A DNA stretch of 64,000 bases, taken from assembly GCF_009914755.1 (NCBI RefSeq), contig NC_060937.1; one strand, 5' to 3'. Below, one piece after another: positions 14,439-29,567 of the stretch (its first letter is position 1; every line of letters starts with the position of its first letter). A program made the translations under genes and the position numbers. The notes under the pieces are model-generated. The model had not been told where the DNA came from. It saw nothing but the letters and a program-made list of their open reading frames with translations, and searched no databases. The DNA comes from the human T2T-CHM13v2.0 reference genome, Homo sapiens.

Positions 14439-14701
14439 GTTTCTGTTTTTTTCACTTGGGGAAACATTGTGAGTTGCTTCCCATGTCTTTATTCCAAAAG
14501 ATGGTTTTTAAAGGCTTTTAATTTTTGTTTTTGAATTACATATACTTATATATAATTATAATTATATATATGTAGTTTTATTTTATGAAGCAGAAAATTA
14601 AACTTTCTCTCTCCCTGCATTCTGCCAACCCACTCTCTCTTTCTCAGTCACATTCCCTGTAGGGAAGTCCATTTATAGTTTGAGGTATATTCTTAAGGTC
14701 C

Positions 14702-14793
14702 GTAATAGATGTAAGTATATACATGTAATAGATGTAAGTATATACGTGTAATAGGTGTAAGTTCATAAATGTAATAGATGTAAGTATTTAAAT
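14702..14793. repeat. 23-bp minisatellite, 4 copies
   Basis: Unit gtaatagatgtaagtatatacat starting at 14702, 14725, 14748 and 14771. Confidence 0.9.
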
Positions 14794-14929
14794 ATGTATG
14801 TATGGCCATATGTGAGAGTTTTTTACTTAAATCAGGCCATTCCATTCACACTACTCTGCACTCTGTGATCTTTCATGCTGCATTACTGGGAGTGAGGAGG
14901 TATTTTCTAGTTAATATCTACTGCCCTAG

Positions 14930-15278
<349 letters not shown>

Positions 15279-17419
15279 GGATGTCTGTTTTTATTTAATC
15301 AATCACCTATTGCTGGACATTGTGGTTGGTTGAAGTTATTTTATTTTGTTTTAAAAAGGGTTGCATAATATCTTGTATCCAAATCTTTGGGTGCATCTTT
15401 GATTATTTCCCTAGGATGAAGTCCTGAGTCCACTGGGACGTACGTGTGGCTTTTGATATTGCCAGTTTCCCTACAGAAAGGTCATCCTGTTTTACATTCC
15501 TGTAAAATGTGTATGAGAGGCCCTTCTCTGACCTTTTCCCACTCTGAACTAGCCAAAACTTAAGGCACATTTTTCATCATTATTGTACCAGTTTTTATCT
15601 CAATTTGAGTCCAGGACATTCCTTTCAGAGTATGGGGAAAAAGGTCATCCAGATTCTCTGGTGCCTTGATCATCTTTGACTTTTCTAATGAGACTTTGTA
15701 AAGAATCCTGGGAAGTTATAAGTTCCACTATACGGTATTTCTATTTTTATTTGTCATGATGAACTCATAGATTAATAATTTATTCCTTTTCTTAAATTTA
15801 GAAACTAGCTGACTTAGATTTCCTCTCTTATTAAAATATAAAGTCCTTTGGGAATGGTAACATATTATCGAACGTTGTGATTTGTATTCCAGGAACTAGA
15901 GTCTGTTTTGATTGAGCGTCTAAAAATCCTTGTTAGGGAGGGAGGAGAAAAGTGCCCAAGATCAGTGGGTAGGGCCCCTGGTCCTAGGGAAAGAGTCATT
16001 GTTGATTTACCACCATTAGTAATAAGCCATTCATTAAATCCATGAAGACAAATCATGTGTTACATTTTAGTTGTAAGTTTCTTGATCTTTAGATTTTGTG
16101 ACTCTGAAGATACACTTCAGTTATTGCTATGCTTTTTTTTTAAGGAAAGAAAGTTCACAAATAGGCAATGTTTTGATATATGGCCAATACCATTTTAATA
16201 TAGCACTCCACTGTGGGGGTTCAGTTTATGACAATGGAATACAGCCATAACTAGTCACAAAGGAACCGAGATCATGATATAATGGGGAACAGGTACAACC
16301 CTAATGCAGGATGCTTGCATTAGATTCTTGGCCCTGTGCAATTAGTATCCTGAATTACTCTAGGCAGGTAACTTAGGTCATGACAATACATGCTTTATAT
16401 ACTTCTAATAAATAGCACTGTAACCAAGCAGTTCAAAGTGGGCTCCTAACACTCCATGACATCTTCATTAGATCAGATGATCACAATACAACTGGATAAA
16501 AAGATCACCTTGTCACTGCATTCAGTTTGTGCTGTACAGATAGGCCTTTTATTCCTCTGTCTTAATTTTTCCATCTACAGAAAAATATTGGTGCCAATAT
16601 AACATGAGATTCAGAAACTGACTTTTTGTCTTCATTTACTCAGCAAATGCTTATTTGAACATGGCTATGTCGACTATGTGCCAGGTCCTGTGCTATCCAC
16701 TTCAGTTTACAGTGGTGGGAGTCAGAGGAGTCAGGCCAGAAGACACATAAAAGGAGCCCACTCTACATCTGGCACCCCTGGATTCTACATTGCAATGTAA
16801 ATGTCCCTGTCAAGACCTTCACTACCTCCTGCTCTGCAGCAGGAGGTAAGAGCCCATCTGTGCAATTTGCTGCCCGACTTTCTTTCAGTACCTGGAGGTT
16901 GGAAGGGGGGAAAAAAGCAAACTTTGGGTATCAAAAATATCCCTCTCCTTATCAATCTTGATTTCTGAATTTCATTATGGTGTTAATACCATTCGTCATT
17001 TATTATACAGATGGCAACAATTTGTTTTTGATAAGCAACTCAGTGCCTTTCAATCAGTGGCTAAGACCAACTCGTTGAACACAATGGGATGGTTAATTAA
17101 AGACACATTTTAAATACACACACAACTCACAGATGTATGCAGGGACATGCATACAACTGTTAAGGCAGCCTGCTTTGGTCCTGAAGAATATAATTTGATT
17201 TACAGTTGAGAAATACAAACTAAACTCTGTTTGGGGAAAAATTATGCCCTAAAAAAATGACTGGGGTAGAAATACTGTATTTGAGAAATGAGAACTTTAA
17301 AACACTCCACTTTGTCTTTGTTAAAATGGGCGTAATAGAAGTAGAATTTTGCCAAGATGTTTAACCTTATTGAGGCCACAAAGTAGGAAAGGTTTCATTT
17401 TTAATTTTGCAAAACCCAA

Positions 17420-17540
17420 CTTTCTTTCTTCCTCTTTATTTCCTTGTTTTCCTCCCATCTCCCTCCCTCCTTCCTTCCCACCTTCCTTTCTTCTTTCCTT
17501 CTGTCTTTTCTTCTATCTTTCCTTCCTTTTTTCTTTCTCT
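17420..17540. repeat. Polypyrimidine (CT-rich) low-complexity tract
   Basis: Near-pure C/T run of ctcc/ttcc/tttc units. Confidence 0.85.
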
Positions 17541-18324
17541 GTACTCTCCTGTCATAATCAAGAGTAAAAAGTTTAACTTTATGCATCTGAATACATTTAT
17601 TCATGGATTCTTATTTAATAAAAATAGAAAAAAAAACACTCGTAAAGAAAACTCTTGGTGAGTTACAAATGGCACGCTTCCTTTGGGGCGCAGGAACTCA
17701 GGGTGCTCTTAAACACCTTGACATTTTCAGGACTTTCTGCCACCTGGGATTTAGATCAAAACTGCAGTGCGTGTCAGACCATCTCAGAACAAGGAATGTT
17801 TGTCTCAGACATTATTATGCCCTATCTCTTGATGAAAGACTGGGATAGAGTCAAATCATGTGTCTTGGTGTTTGTTTAATATTTGTGTTCCGCATTTATT
17901 AGCTGATGAGTTACTGGAGATTTGCATTCTTCTGAGTCAGCCAGTATGACCTATTTTATTGCAGTCTAAAGTTGTACTGAAGGGTGCCTTGGAAAACATG
18001 TTCTCCAAATGTTGGTCAAGACTGACATTCACAGAATTTAAAGCTGGATGTAATGTTATCCAATGACAGCTTCGGAAATATGATGACTCTGCAAGAAATC
18101 AGGGGAAATTCAGAATGGCTGTTAAGACCACTCCTAAGACTATCTTGACTATGTGAATTCTTTCTCCAGTTTTTTCTGTGTCATCCCAGCTTGCCATCTC
18201 TAGCTCCTGCTTCACAGGCCTCGAACTACCTCTCCAGTCCACTTCAGTGCCTTAACAGCTCAGATTTCACTTCCAGTAGTCTAGGGCTTTTACATAAATT
18301 AGAGCAAGAAGAGAATACAGTGGG

Positions 18325-18750
18325 GAGAACAAAACTGATTAAAAGGTTGGAAAAATAAGACTTATGAAGAAAGGTTAAAGGAGCTAGGATTATTCAGCTT
18401 GGAAAAGAGAAACTAGTGGGTGGCTTAATAAAAGTTTTCAAGTATATGAAAGGTTATTATATGGAGACTGGCGACCAGCTGTTCTCCTGCCGCTGAGAAG
18501 AGAACAAAAGGAAATTATCTTTAACTTCTGCAGCGGGGAGCTAGCTTGGAAATAAAGGATTTCCCAGTGGTGAGGTTTGTTAAACATTAGAATGCATTAC
18601 CATGGCATCTCTTTTTCTGGAGATCTTTGGAAATAAGACAGGGACTGGTGTGGAAGGGATGGTTTAGATAGGTGGAGGCTTGCCTAAGTTACTGGAGAAT
18701 CAACCAGATGACCTGTGGAAGCTCTTTGCTGGTCCTTTGAGTCTACACCA
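18325..18750 (+). mobile_element. CR1/L3 LINE 3' region (RT C-terminus and 3' tail)
   Basis: Translates with frameshifts as TKLIKRLE..YEERLKELGLFSLEKR (18363-18410)..GLIKVFKYMKGYYMETGDQLFS, the CR1 ORF2 C-terminal motif; ends in CR1-like agatgacc..tgagtcta. Confidence 0.85.
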
Positions 18751-19489
18751 AGCCAACTGGACCTCAGCCAGAAAAGATATGGAGAAGAGCCAGGCTAGTT
18801 CATGCCTTTGACTGTTTCAGCAGAGGCAGAGCCAGTGTTCACCTTGTCACAGGCTTAGTTTTCTTGATATCTAATTGTTATTTGGTGGTAAGTAGTGATT
18901 GGAGCAGGGATGGGAAGGAGGTTAAAAAATTCAACCAGCTAAAACATACATAAGATCTCCCTCAAAGAATATTTCAGTGAGTAAGGGTGAGGCCTATGAA
19001 ATATGAAGTGCCCTTGTAATTTTTTTTTAAGACTTCAAACGTTTTTCCTCAACACTATACCTTCTATGTGTTCATGTAAACTGCTCCTTTAAGCTTTTGA
19101 GATATAGAAGTGTATGTGTGTCTCTAAAAAATGGAAGAAGTGTTCCATTTAGTTCTTATTAATAAATGGATAAGGATTATGGGATTTTGGACTCAGATGG
19201 AATGTTGGAGAGATCATTTAGTTTAACACAGTGGATGAGTTTTTCTGGACTTCTAGGCTTAATAATCCCAAAATTATATTGCCATGACATAAATATAGTA
19301 TTATACTTACCACAAGAATTTAAGTATAATATAATCATGTTAACAAAAACATCTCAGTGCATTTATTATTTTTGTCAAACAATATGTTAGTAAAATATTT
19401 TTCAAAGAATTGAACTCTGTTTTTTAAATTTAGTTCATTATTTAGACATAACCTAAAAGATGTTGACAATACATTCCTTTTTTTTTTTA

Positions 19490-20590
19490 GATTGAAGCGT
19501 TTTTTAAATTGTGGTAAAAAATTCCACAATATTAAATTTACTATCTTAACTTTTCTTTTTTTTTTTTAAATTGAAACAGGGTCTCACTCTGTTGCCCAGG
19601 CTAGAGTGTAGTGGTACGAACATGGCTCACTGCAGCCTTGACCTCCTGGGGTCAAGTGATCCTCCTTCCACCACAGCCTCCTGAGTAGCTGGGACTGCAG
19701 GCACATGCCCCCAGGCCTGGCGAATTTTTTAATTTTTTGTACAAATGGGGTCTCTCCATGTTGCCAAGGCTGATCTTGAACTCCTGGTCTCAAGCGATCC
19801 TCCTGCCTTGGCCTCCAAAACTGCTGGGATTACAGGCATGAGCCACTGTGCCTGCCCATTTTAACCATTTACAATGTATATTTCACTAGTGTTAAGTATA
19901 TTCATATTGTTGTGCAGCAGATCTCTAGACCTTTTTCAATACGCAAAACAGAAACTATATCCACTAAACACCGATTCCCTCTCTCCTCCCTGCCAGCCCT
20001 TAGGAACTCCCTTTCTACTTTCTGTTTGTATGATTTTAACTACTTTATATACTTCATTTGAGTGGAATAATACAATATTTGTCCTTTGAGACTGGCTTGC
20101 TTTGCTTTGCGTAATATCTTTGTGGATTATATGGTAGTTCTATTTTTAATCTTTTTGAGGGAACTCCATACAGTTTTTCATAATGACTGCACCATTTTAC
20201 ATTCCCACCAACAGTGCACAAAGATTCCAATTTCTCCCCATCCTCACTAATACTTGTTATTTTCTGTTCTTTTGATAGTGACCATCTTAATGAGTGTGAA
20301 GTGATATCTTATTGTGGTTTTGATTTGCATTTCTCTTATGATTAGTGATGCTGAGTATCTTTTCCTGTGCTTGTTGGTCATTTGTGTATCTTTTTTGGAG
20401 AAATGTCTATTCAAGTCTTTTGTACATTTTTAAATCAGGTGTTTTTTTTGTTGTTGTTGTAAAAACACAAGTTTCTTAGATATTCTGGATATTAACCCCT
20501 TATCAGATATATGATTTGTGAATTCTCCCATTCCATAGGTTATCTTTTCATCTTTTGGTTGTTCCCTTTGAATGCACAGAAGTTATAAAT
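19490..20590 (-). mobile_element. L1MB/L1MA 3' fragment, interrupted by an Alu
   Basis: tttttaaattgtggtaaaa...accattttacattcccaccaacagtgcacaaag...ttttgatttgcatttctct...gagaaatgtctattcaagtc. Confidence 0.8.
19551..19857 (-). mobile_element. AluJ SINE
   Basis: Full dimer with poly-T. Confidence 0.92.
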
Positions 20591-20711
20591 AATTTACTAA
20601 GCTTTAAGTATTGAAATTTGAATCGAGGTTAAAAATTTTCTTGATTACTTCAAACATATTATTTCAATAAAACCACAAAAGGTATTGATTCAGTATGAAT
20701 CACTGATTATG

Positions 20712-20712
<1 letters not shown>

Positions 20713-20747
<35 letters not shown>
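20713..20747. repeat. (AC)n microsatellite
   Basis: Pure AC run. Confidence 0.95.
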
Positions 20748-20748
<1 letters not shown>

Positions 20749-22888
20749 GCAAACATAAACCTTTTATTCCTGAACAGTTATAAGAAAAGATTATACTACT
20801 TCAGTTGTTATCCTAGAGATTTTTCTTTCAACTATTTAAGAAGTTTGAGATTAGACTGTTTTAAACTTCTGATACCATTCTACAAAAATGTGATTAAAGA
20901 AAATGAAAGTAACTTTTACTGTGCAGCGTCAGAATAATGAACATGGTGTATTCTTTCTCTTTTAATCATTTCATTTAATGCTTCATTCACAAAGATTCTT
21001 AAAGAAGCAACCACAGTGAGGACGTGCTTTGGCAGGCAAGGAGAGGACTTGCACTCTGTCTCCCACTCCACTGTCTAACTTTGAACTATTAATGTAAATC
21101 CCAGAAACCTGAACTGTTACCATTTCCTTGCCCAATAGGGGTAACCAGACCTATTCTCACTAACTTGGTGAATGTCCGAAAAATACATAGGTCAGTCTGA
21201 TATTTTTGGGACTTCCTAAATTTTCTTTGCTTTTGCAAGACACTCAGATCTATACAGCCTAATTTGTTTTTACGAACACTAGCAGAGTACTTCAGGTTGG
21301 AGTTTTTGCCTAAAGAATATAACAAATGGGGAGTAAGTTGGAGAAACCAGAGGGAGCCTGGTGCTTCTGGCACAGGTAACACAGTTAACTGAAGTCTTTT
21401 GGCTTCACTAACAATGGCCACCTGAAGCTTGGCCAACCCTCTGTATATGCCCTTTCTCTAATCAGAAAGGTCATATGCCACGGAAGATTTTTCTCAGTTT
21501 TTAAAAATCCCCTGGCTGGTTATCCTGATTCCTTAAAACAGTTTTTTGAAAGTAACAAAAGTAGAATGTTTGATGCATTTTATGAGTCCATGGTAAAGTT
21601 AGATACATGTGCATATGAACACGTGTTCTTAAGACTCCTGTGTAGTCAAGAGAGCTGAGTGTTCAGAACTCAAAGTTGGCCTAATAAAAGACACCAGACT
21701 ATAGTACTTGCTTTGTTTGTTCCGTTTGACTGAACCAAATGTCTTCAAGTTTCGTTTTCAATTTTTATCGTAAAAACCGTGAAAAGCAAGGTGTTTGCTT
21801 ACTGCTGGGATTTGATTCCATCTTAAAGACCTGGAGCAGAAGTTTATATGGATTTCAGAAAGCAGCTGTTTTATGTGCATACATAGTACAAGGTAGAAAA
21901 ATGTAATGTAACCCAGTAAGATTAAATAACAGCATAACAAAAACTTAAAAAATTCAAAGTTGAATATGTAGTACACCTCTCACAGTGGAAGTCCTGGCTT
22001 TTAAGAAATTGCTGCAAGCATTTAACATGAGAAATCTGTGAATGTTCATTCCTAGCAGAAAAAAGATCGGATATGATTGTAGGTTTCTGTGTTGTTGCTC
22101 ATATTGAGCCAGCTATTCATGTATTCAGATTCATGGGAGAATTTCTAGCATGAGTTCTGTCTGGTATATCACTCTGTGTTATGGTTTCTCTATCTACCTT
22201 TACAATGCACATCCTGTTGATTCTACTTATTATGGCAGAATAAGGAAATATATGTGCATTACGATAGTGCTATTGATATGCACTTGATACTCTGGCTAAG
22301 ATAAACATAAATCAGGTAAAGCCAAGTGTATTTTAGCCTTTAAACTGGGATATGCATTCCCCACCTGCTCAGACTGAAAACTGTCTTGTAGGATTAAGAG
22401 GATGGGGAGGGTGCATGGAAAATTATTTTTTAAAGGAAGAGGAATAATATGTAGAGTTAGGAACATTATAGACTGTTAAAGGACCAATGTTTCAATGCAA
22501 ATGACCTCCAAGTTATATAAAAGCCCTGTGTATGATATGTTTATTGTTATTAGTTTTTAGCCTTTGCAGTCTTCGGAGACTTTGCTGGCCTGGATTTCGA
22601 GTTTAGTAGAGTACATTCAGCTGCATTGTGCATTTCAGCTCTATGGAACCGTTGTGCTTCGTCCCTGTTTACCTCATCCTGTGGGCAAGCATCTGCTTTT
22701 GCGTCTTACTTCTTAGAACTGCAGCTGGATTTCTGGAATTCTGTGGCTGTGTGGTATTTTCTCCTGCATATTAATAAGATTAAATTGACCAAAAGGTTTC
22801 TTTTTTCCTTCAAAAATTTTCCTAATATTTTTAGAGTATGAAGATTATATAGCTTTATTGTAAAAATATTCAAGCAGTATTGAAAAAT

Positions 22889-23055
22889 ATAAAGATCAAT
22901 AATAACAACAGTCCCAGAGATAACCACTAGTAGTATAACATATTGGTGATCATCCTTACAGATGACTCTCATAAAGATCAATACTAACAACAACAATCCT
23001 AGAGATAACCATGGGTAATATAACATATTGGTGGTCATCTTTACAGATGATTCTC
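22889..23055. repeat. Head-to-tail 82/85-bp tandem duplication in an old L1M-like relic
   Basis: ataaagatcaata...agagataacca...ataacatattggtg.tcatc.ttacagatga.tctc at 22889-22970 and 22971-23055. Confidence 0.88.
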
Positions 23056-23845
23056 AATGCATATATATTCACATATAAATATATATAAGTAAATATATAC
23101 ATACTCTTACAAAATGAAAAAATACAATACAAACTTTTGTAACCTTTTCCATACTAATCACTATAGATCTACATCATTATTTTAATGGTTGCATTATATA
23201 TATTGTATATAGAATACTATCTGGCACTCAGTAGGCCCTCAACCAATGGTTGAATGAATGAGCAATAATTTATTTAACCAATCTTCTATTAGTGGACATA
23301 ATTTATTTTCTGTTTTTCACTATTATAAATCACATGGCAATTAATATGTTTTTGCATCTTCTTTGTTCACATGTACAATTATCTGTTTAAGGAAACCTTA
23401 AAAGTTGGGTCAAAAGGTGGAAACATTTAACAATTTGATAGTGATAAACTTGCTGAGTTGGCTGAGTTTATGCTCAAGTCATACAAATTTACATTATCAT
23501 CAGCAATACACAAAGGTGTTTGTTTCCGCACATTCCCCTGCATGCCTACATTGCTGTCAGTCTTTTAGAGTTTGCCATCCTGATAGAAAAATTGCTGTAC
23601 TGGTTTTCCTTGCATTATTTACATTACAAGCAAGGCTGAGCATCTCTTTGTATATTTATTGGCCATTAGGTATTTCTTTTATGCATTGTCTGTTCTTTGT
23701 CCAGTGGTTTTGTCTTGAAACACCAGAGACCTATTTTATCTTAATGAAGTCATTTACTTTTATAATTCTATCATATGCCCCCAAACAGGGAAAGATGCAT
23801 CTTTTAGGTGGGTATACTGATAAGTGAACTTGTGTGGACCCGTAG

Positions 23846-24236
<391 letters not shown>

Positions 24237-26192
24237 TGAGGACCACTACTAAAGTTTTAAGAGATTTCTTAAAAAGGCAATCGTCATTCTGAGGCAAAGA
24301 TTACCAACATCTGGATTCCAAAAAGTGGGGAAAAATCAGTTATTCATATATATTAAAATGACACACTTCATTTCCAACTACCAAGTACAATGTTCACCTT
24401 TATTCTGTTTGTTTTCGCTTTGTCGTGCTACTGAAATATGTGTGCATGTGTATTTAACCAAAGAGAAACTCACTCCTAACCCCATATTTAGTGGTGGGAC
24501 CATCCCTTATTTAGTGAGGCTGTTTTTTTTCCCCCCAGACCCGAGTTGTTGTTGCCCATGCTGCTGAATTCCCAATATGAATAAATCATAATCATATGAT
24601 TATACTAAATCAGAGGTTTCAGTACCCTTCCACAAAGTGACAATAAAATGCTCATTAAAAAAAAGAGTAGGTTGTGTTCAATGGTGTTAATTTAAAATTT
24701 TAATGCTCAGGCCAAAATGCCAGAAAGTGAACCTCAGTTTCTTGGTAATAATAAGGTGAACTGGCTTCCAGCAGAGAGATTTTGTGGCTTCTGTATCCTG
24801 CCGCTGCACTTCTCCCTTCTCCAGCCTCCTTTCTATTTGGTGGTGCAGAATCACCTTGGTCAGCCCTTTGACCTTGCCTGGAAAAAAGTCCTCATCAGTG
24901 AGTGAGTGTGAGGTTAGAGTGATAAAGATTCTAAAGGAATGCCTTGTTTTGATTCAAATAGTTGGATTAGTCACAGAGTTACTTAATCCACACACATAGT
25001 AGAATCCTCCAGCAAGCTTCTTTGTTTTCATCAGAGCTTTTGAGAGATTATTATATTATATCTCTATCTTTTAAAGATAGAGTAGAAATCCATCTATGAA
25101 GAATAGTTTTAGGTGCATTCCTGCCTGAACACACATTTGGACAGTCTTATAATTATGTATCTTCCCGAGATGCATTTTGAGCCATTTCTACCCAGAACTT
25201 AAAAAAATATTTCCTATGAGTGCTGGAGGTTCTTGCTTCTCTTAACCCACTAACTTTTTGAAGCCATAAGAATATCTTATTAAGGATTATGCAAAATAAC
25301 GTCCTACAAATCCTGATATTATTACACTGCCCAAAAAACTTCAAAGCATCAGGAAAGTGTTGTGTTTTTTTTTTTTTTTTTTTTTTTTTAACTAAACCAG
25401 ATTCAGCTGGCTACCCCACTTGGCTACAGAGTACTAAAGAAGAGACTGAACTTGATCCTGCTGCCCTTGCATACACAACACTCCCATTGACGCTAGTGAA
25501 GACTTAAGCGCATGAAAGGATTCCAGGATCAAAAGGTTAGCTCTATGGGGAGCTGTGTCTGGCTCAAGCAATCCATTTTTTTCTATTGACAGTGAAAACG
25601 TTTTATAGTTCTTTTTCAAAGTTTTCCCAAACTTTTACAATAACAGGCAACTTGTGAAAAAGTGAGAAGGCATCTAATTGAACTATATCCAGAGGAGATC
25701 ATGGCAGAGACCAACAGGAAGAAAAACATTTCCAAACCACAGCGATATTGGTCAAATCAATTGTATTTGAAGAATAAAGCATTTGAGGCGTCGGCTGAGA
25801 AAAATTTTCATTATGAAACTTGGTTGGACTATGAAGCAGAATGTGAGATAAAATAAAACACAGAGCTCATGAGTTTTTATCTTTGTCTGCTAATGACTTA
25901 TGCTAGCAGGATTATACTTTTTTTTTGCATTTTATGAGATGTATGAACTAGGAAGAAAATACATGCTATATCTAAATGGATTAGACGTGCAGATTCTTAA
26001 CTAACATTTAATTCATTGCTAGTAAAACAAATGCCTTAAAACATTTAAAAAAGTGAAATTATCTTAAGGAGATAATTAACAAGCAGAGTAGAATAGCATT
26101 TTTGAAGAAAGTGTAATATGGTTCTACACTGGCATTTTCTGCATTTATTGAAGATACTTAGTCTATCCAACAATTCACTCATTCATTCTTTC

Positions 26193-26454
<262 letters not shown>

Positions 26455-29400
26455 CTAATCTAATAGTTTTACAAGACCTCAATTGAACAAGTGTCTGAGG
26501 AAATGGATTGCATCTAATAAAGCAAGACACACCAACTGTGGATGGGTGGTGTGTCTAGAGTATTTTGCATTCCTAAATCACTCTTCTGGAGAAAATTTGT
26601 ATCAATAATTTTGTCTAGCTTCACCTGGAGTTACACATTTTGATTGGTAAGTGGCTTCTGTGATTTGCCTCTTAGAAATACATTATAATGTTATCCTAAT
26701 ATATGTACTAGGACAGACAATGCTACGTTGAACTAACTTGAATAGCATATTTTATAATCATAAAACTGATATAATATTATAGTTTTGATCTTAATCCTCC
26801 TCTATTGTATGAGCAATGGAAAGTCTTGGTGAGGAGCTTGTCTAAACATTTCTCTTGCATTTTCACATAATTGGGCTTGACAGTTTCCTGCCATTGTATA
26901 GGATAACTTCAGTTGATGGTGATCATGTTTTTGCTTAAGGGTCATTGAATTGTATTAGAAATTTTATACCATATTCTTGTAATCCTATAAGTCATTTTTG
27001 AGTTACATTATTGAAAGTGAACAATAATGTACCACAAAACAAAAGTTACTCATGCAGTTAAAGCTTTTTTTTGTACCTAGGTTTAGAAACTACAAGTCCA
27101 CAGAGAATAGGGCTCGTGAAATAAATGAAAATACACGCTCATCTCCACCCACTCCTTGTTGTTGGGGCCTGGTCAGATCTGGTGAAAACATTAAGCCATT
27201 TGCCTTAAGTGGTATTGGCAAGTTAATTTATTCACCTTCTGGAAGGTACCAGGCTAGTGCTTGCAGAGGCAAGATTTTTTTTGGGTGAAGGGAGCAAACT
27301 TTTCCACTTAACATGTGCCCATGGAAATCAGGTACTTCTTTTTTCAGCTACCTTAGCTTCTGTTGGGAATTTGAGGGTGTTTTATGGGTTATGTTCTTAT
27401 ACGGTGGTTAAGTAGGCTTGCTGAAATGGATCTAGAAAAGACCCAGGTCAGTCACTGGTTGAAAAAGGGTTGACAGAAAATTAAGGAGATATGACTGAGA
27501 GCAGTTTCTCTTTCAGGTCCCCAAATTTCTCCTCTAGCCAATTCACATTAAGGTCTGAAATTTCCCCCATTGGTGTCATTCCGGCCATTGTTTCCAGAAG
27601 GGACTTTCAAAAATGCAAATATGTTCCTGTGGAGCATTTGCACATTTGGTGAGTTTGTCAGCCTAAATGAGCAGTTATCTTTGGAACTAAGAAAGAAGGG
27701 TCTTAACAGAGAACCAGGTTGGAGGAAGAAAGATCCTGAGAACATTCATGGGAGGTAGGCCAGGGGAAGACATACAGCATGAAACTTTGGCAGTTTAGAA
27801 ACAAGGGGGATAACTCTTGTTAAGAGAGCTTAAGGGTCACAGAAGACAAATATAGGTCATTTCACAGCCTAATTTGGAGTTTGATCTTCACAGTAGCTCT
27901 TTATGGGAGATCAGAAGGCCTTAGCTCAGGTATGGGGAAAAGACTTCCTGTGAAGTCTTTATTCTGCTTGATCAAGGCTGCTTGAGGGTGCCAAGGGGTT
28001 CAAGAGAAGTTCTGAGGCCAAGTTCAAACTCAAGGGAAATAATTCTCTCATTTCATGATTTGTGCCATGGATCCATGAAGGAGTGGTCATCACGACCTCA
28101 GACTCTGCTGCATTTTTGGAGGGTTTAGTAAGTCGGCAATGGCAGTGACAGCTCAGTCCAGTTCTCACAGTGTGAGAAGAACTTGGGACATCCAGCTAAT
28201 GGATCTACAAGAGTTCCAGGTGGCCCTGAAGAACTTCAGCACTTCTCCTTGCATATTTGTATTAACCTGGAAAATTGCTTCTTGAAGAGAAAAGGAAGTG
28301 ATATTTTTAGAACAGGATCAGTATTTCCAGCACATTTATTAATGGGCTAGCTCCTCAGTGTTTACATGGCAACAGGATAAACTATTATTAGTACTGCTCA
28401 CATCATGAGGTATCAGGATGTTTTTTGGCGTGGTAGACCATCTATTCAGATGAGGAAGTAGAGTGCATCCATTTATGAATTTATTGTTGACATTTCAACT
28501 GTAATTCTTTCTCAGTTTCTTCCCTAATGTCAGGATACAAATTTTCATATCCTTGAGAGAGGATTTTTTGGGAGGGGCAATAAAGACAAATTTTAAAATT
28601 GAAAATAAATAAACTGGCAATCCCATAAAGCTCTTGATCATATTTAGACCAGTGAGTGTTTCCTGAATGTTTTTGATGTTTCTTATCCTGTGCTGAGCAC
28701 TGTGGGGGATGCAAATGAAAGAAATAATACATGGTTTCTACCCTCAAGGAACTTATAATTTATTAAGACACATAAGGCACTTGAACCAGTTAAATAATGA
28801 GAAAAGACAGTATATGACACATAAATGCTTTAGAAGTTTAGAAAAAGGAAGGAACAGCAGGGTTATTTAAAGAGCTAAAATTCCTGTAGCTTGCTTCTCT
28901 TACTTTATTGGTGGATGACTCCAAAACTCTGTAAGAAGGGGAATAGGGAGAATGGAAGGAGTCTTACCCATCTCTTACTTCCTTATGCAATGTTGTTCAT
29001 GTACAGTCAGTGTCTACGGAAACTTGAGGACTGATGGGAAAATTATTTTCAGAAATGGAGGTGAATGAAAACAGTCATGGTGGAATATTTTCCAACCATA
29101 ACTCTTGCCTTCTGTTCATCCATCCGCTCAGAGAGCCAAGTGTACGTATGTAGTCTTCTAGCTACTAAATTCCATTCCTAGATAGTCATAGGTCTTCCAA
29201 GGCCCAAAGGCTTACCTTGATTTCTGTTTTTTTGGATAAGTCCCAGTCAAATGGCTGCCACAGAAGACAGAAAGTCATATATAGATTCTCCCTTTCCTCC
29301 TCATTGCTTCTTCCCTTCTCTCACCCCCATGCCCCATTCCTTATCTTTTTACTGATTTCTCTCTCCGCCCTCCTCCTAGTCATACATCTACTTTTTTCTA

Positions 29401-29567
29401 GTATTCCTAGTTTTTTTTTTTTTCCTCACAGTTGTTCATGGCTCTTTGCACACCACTGTCTAAGTCTGAAGAAGTAAAAAGAGAATGAAATAAGTGTTGC
29501 CAAGCAAGACCCTTCTCTTCTTTCCATGTTTGGAAAACAACCTCTTGGAATACAGCTCTTGAAATGT

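Noticed and set aside
14702-14793. Regularly spaced repeats as a CRISPR-like array (also 29568-29655)
   Set aside because: Eukaryotic context; head-to-tail units without unique spacers, or only two copies; no cas genes
22560-22800. Possible DLEU1 lncRNA exon (ttgcag acceptor, downstream ATTAAT/AATAAG)
   Set aside because: Non-coding exons cannot be called from sequence alone; transcript evidence is needed
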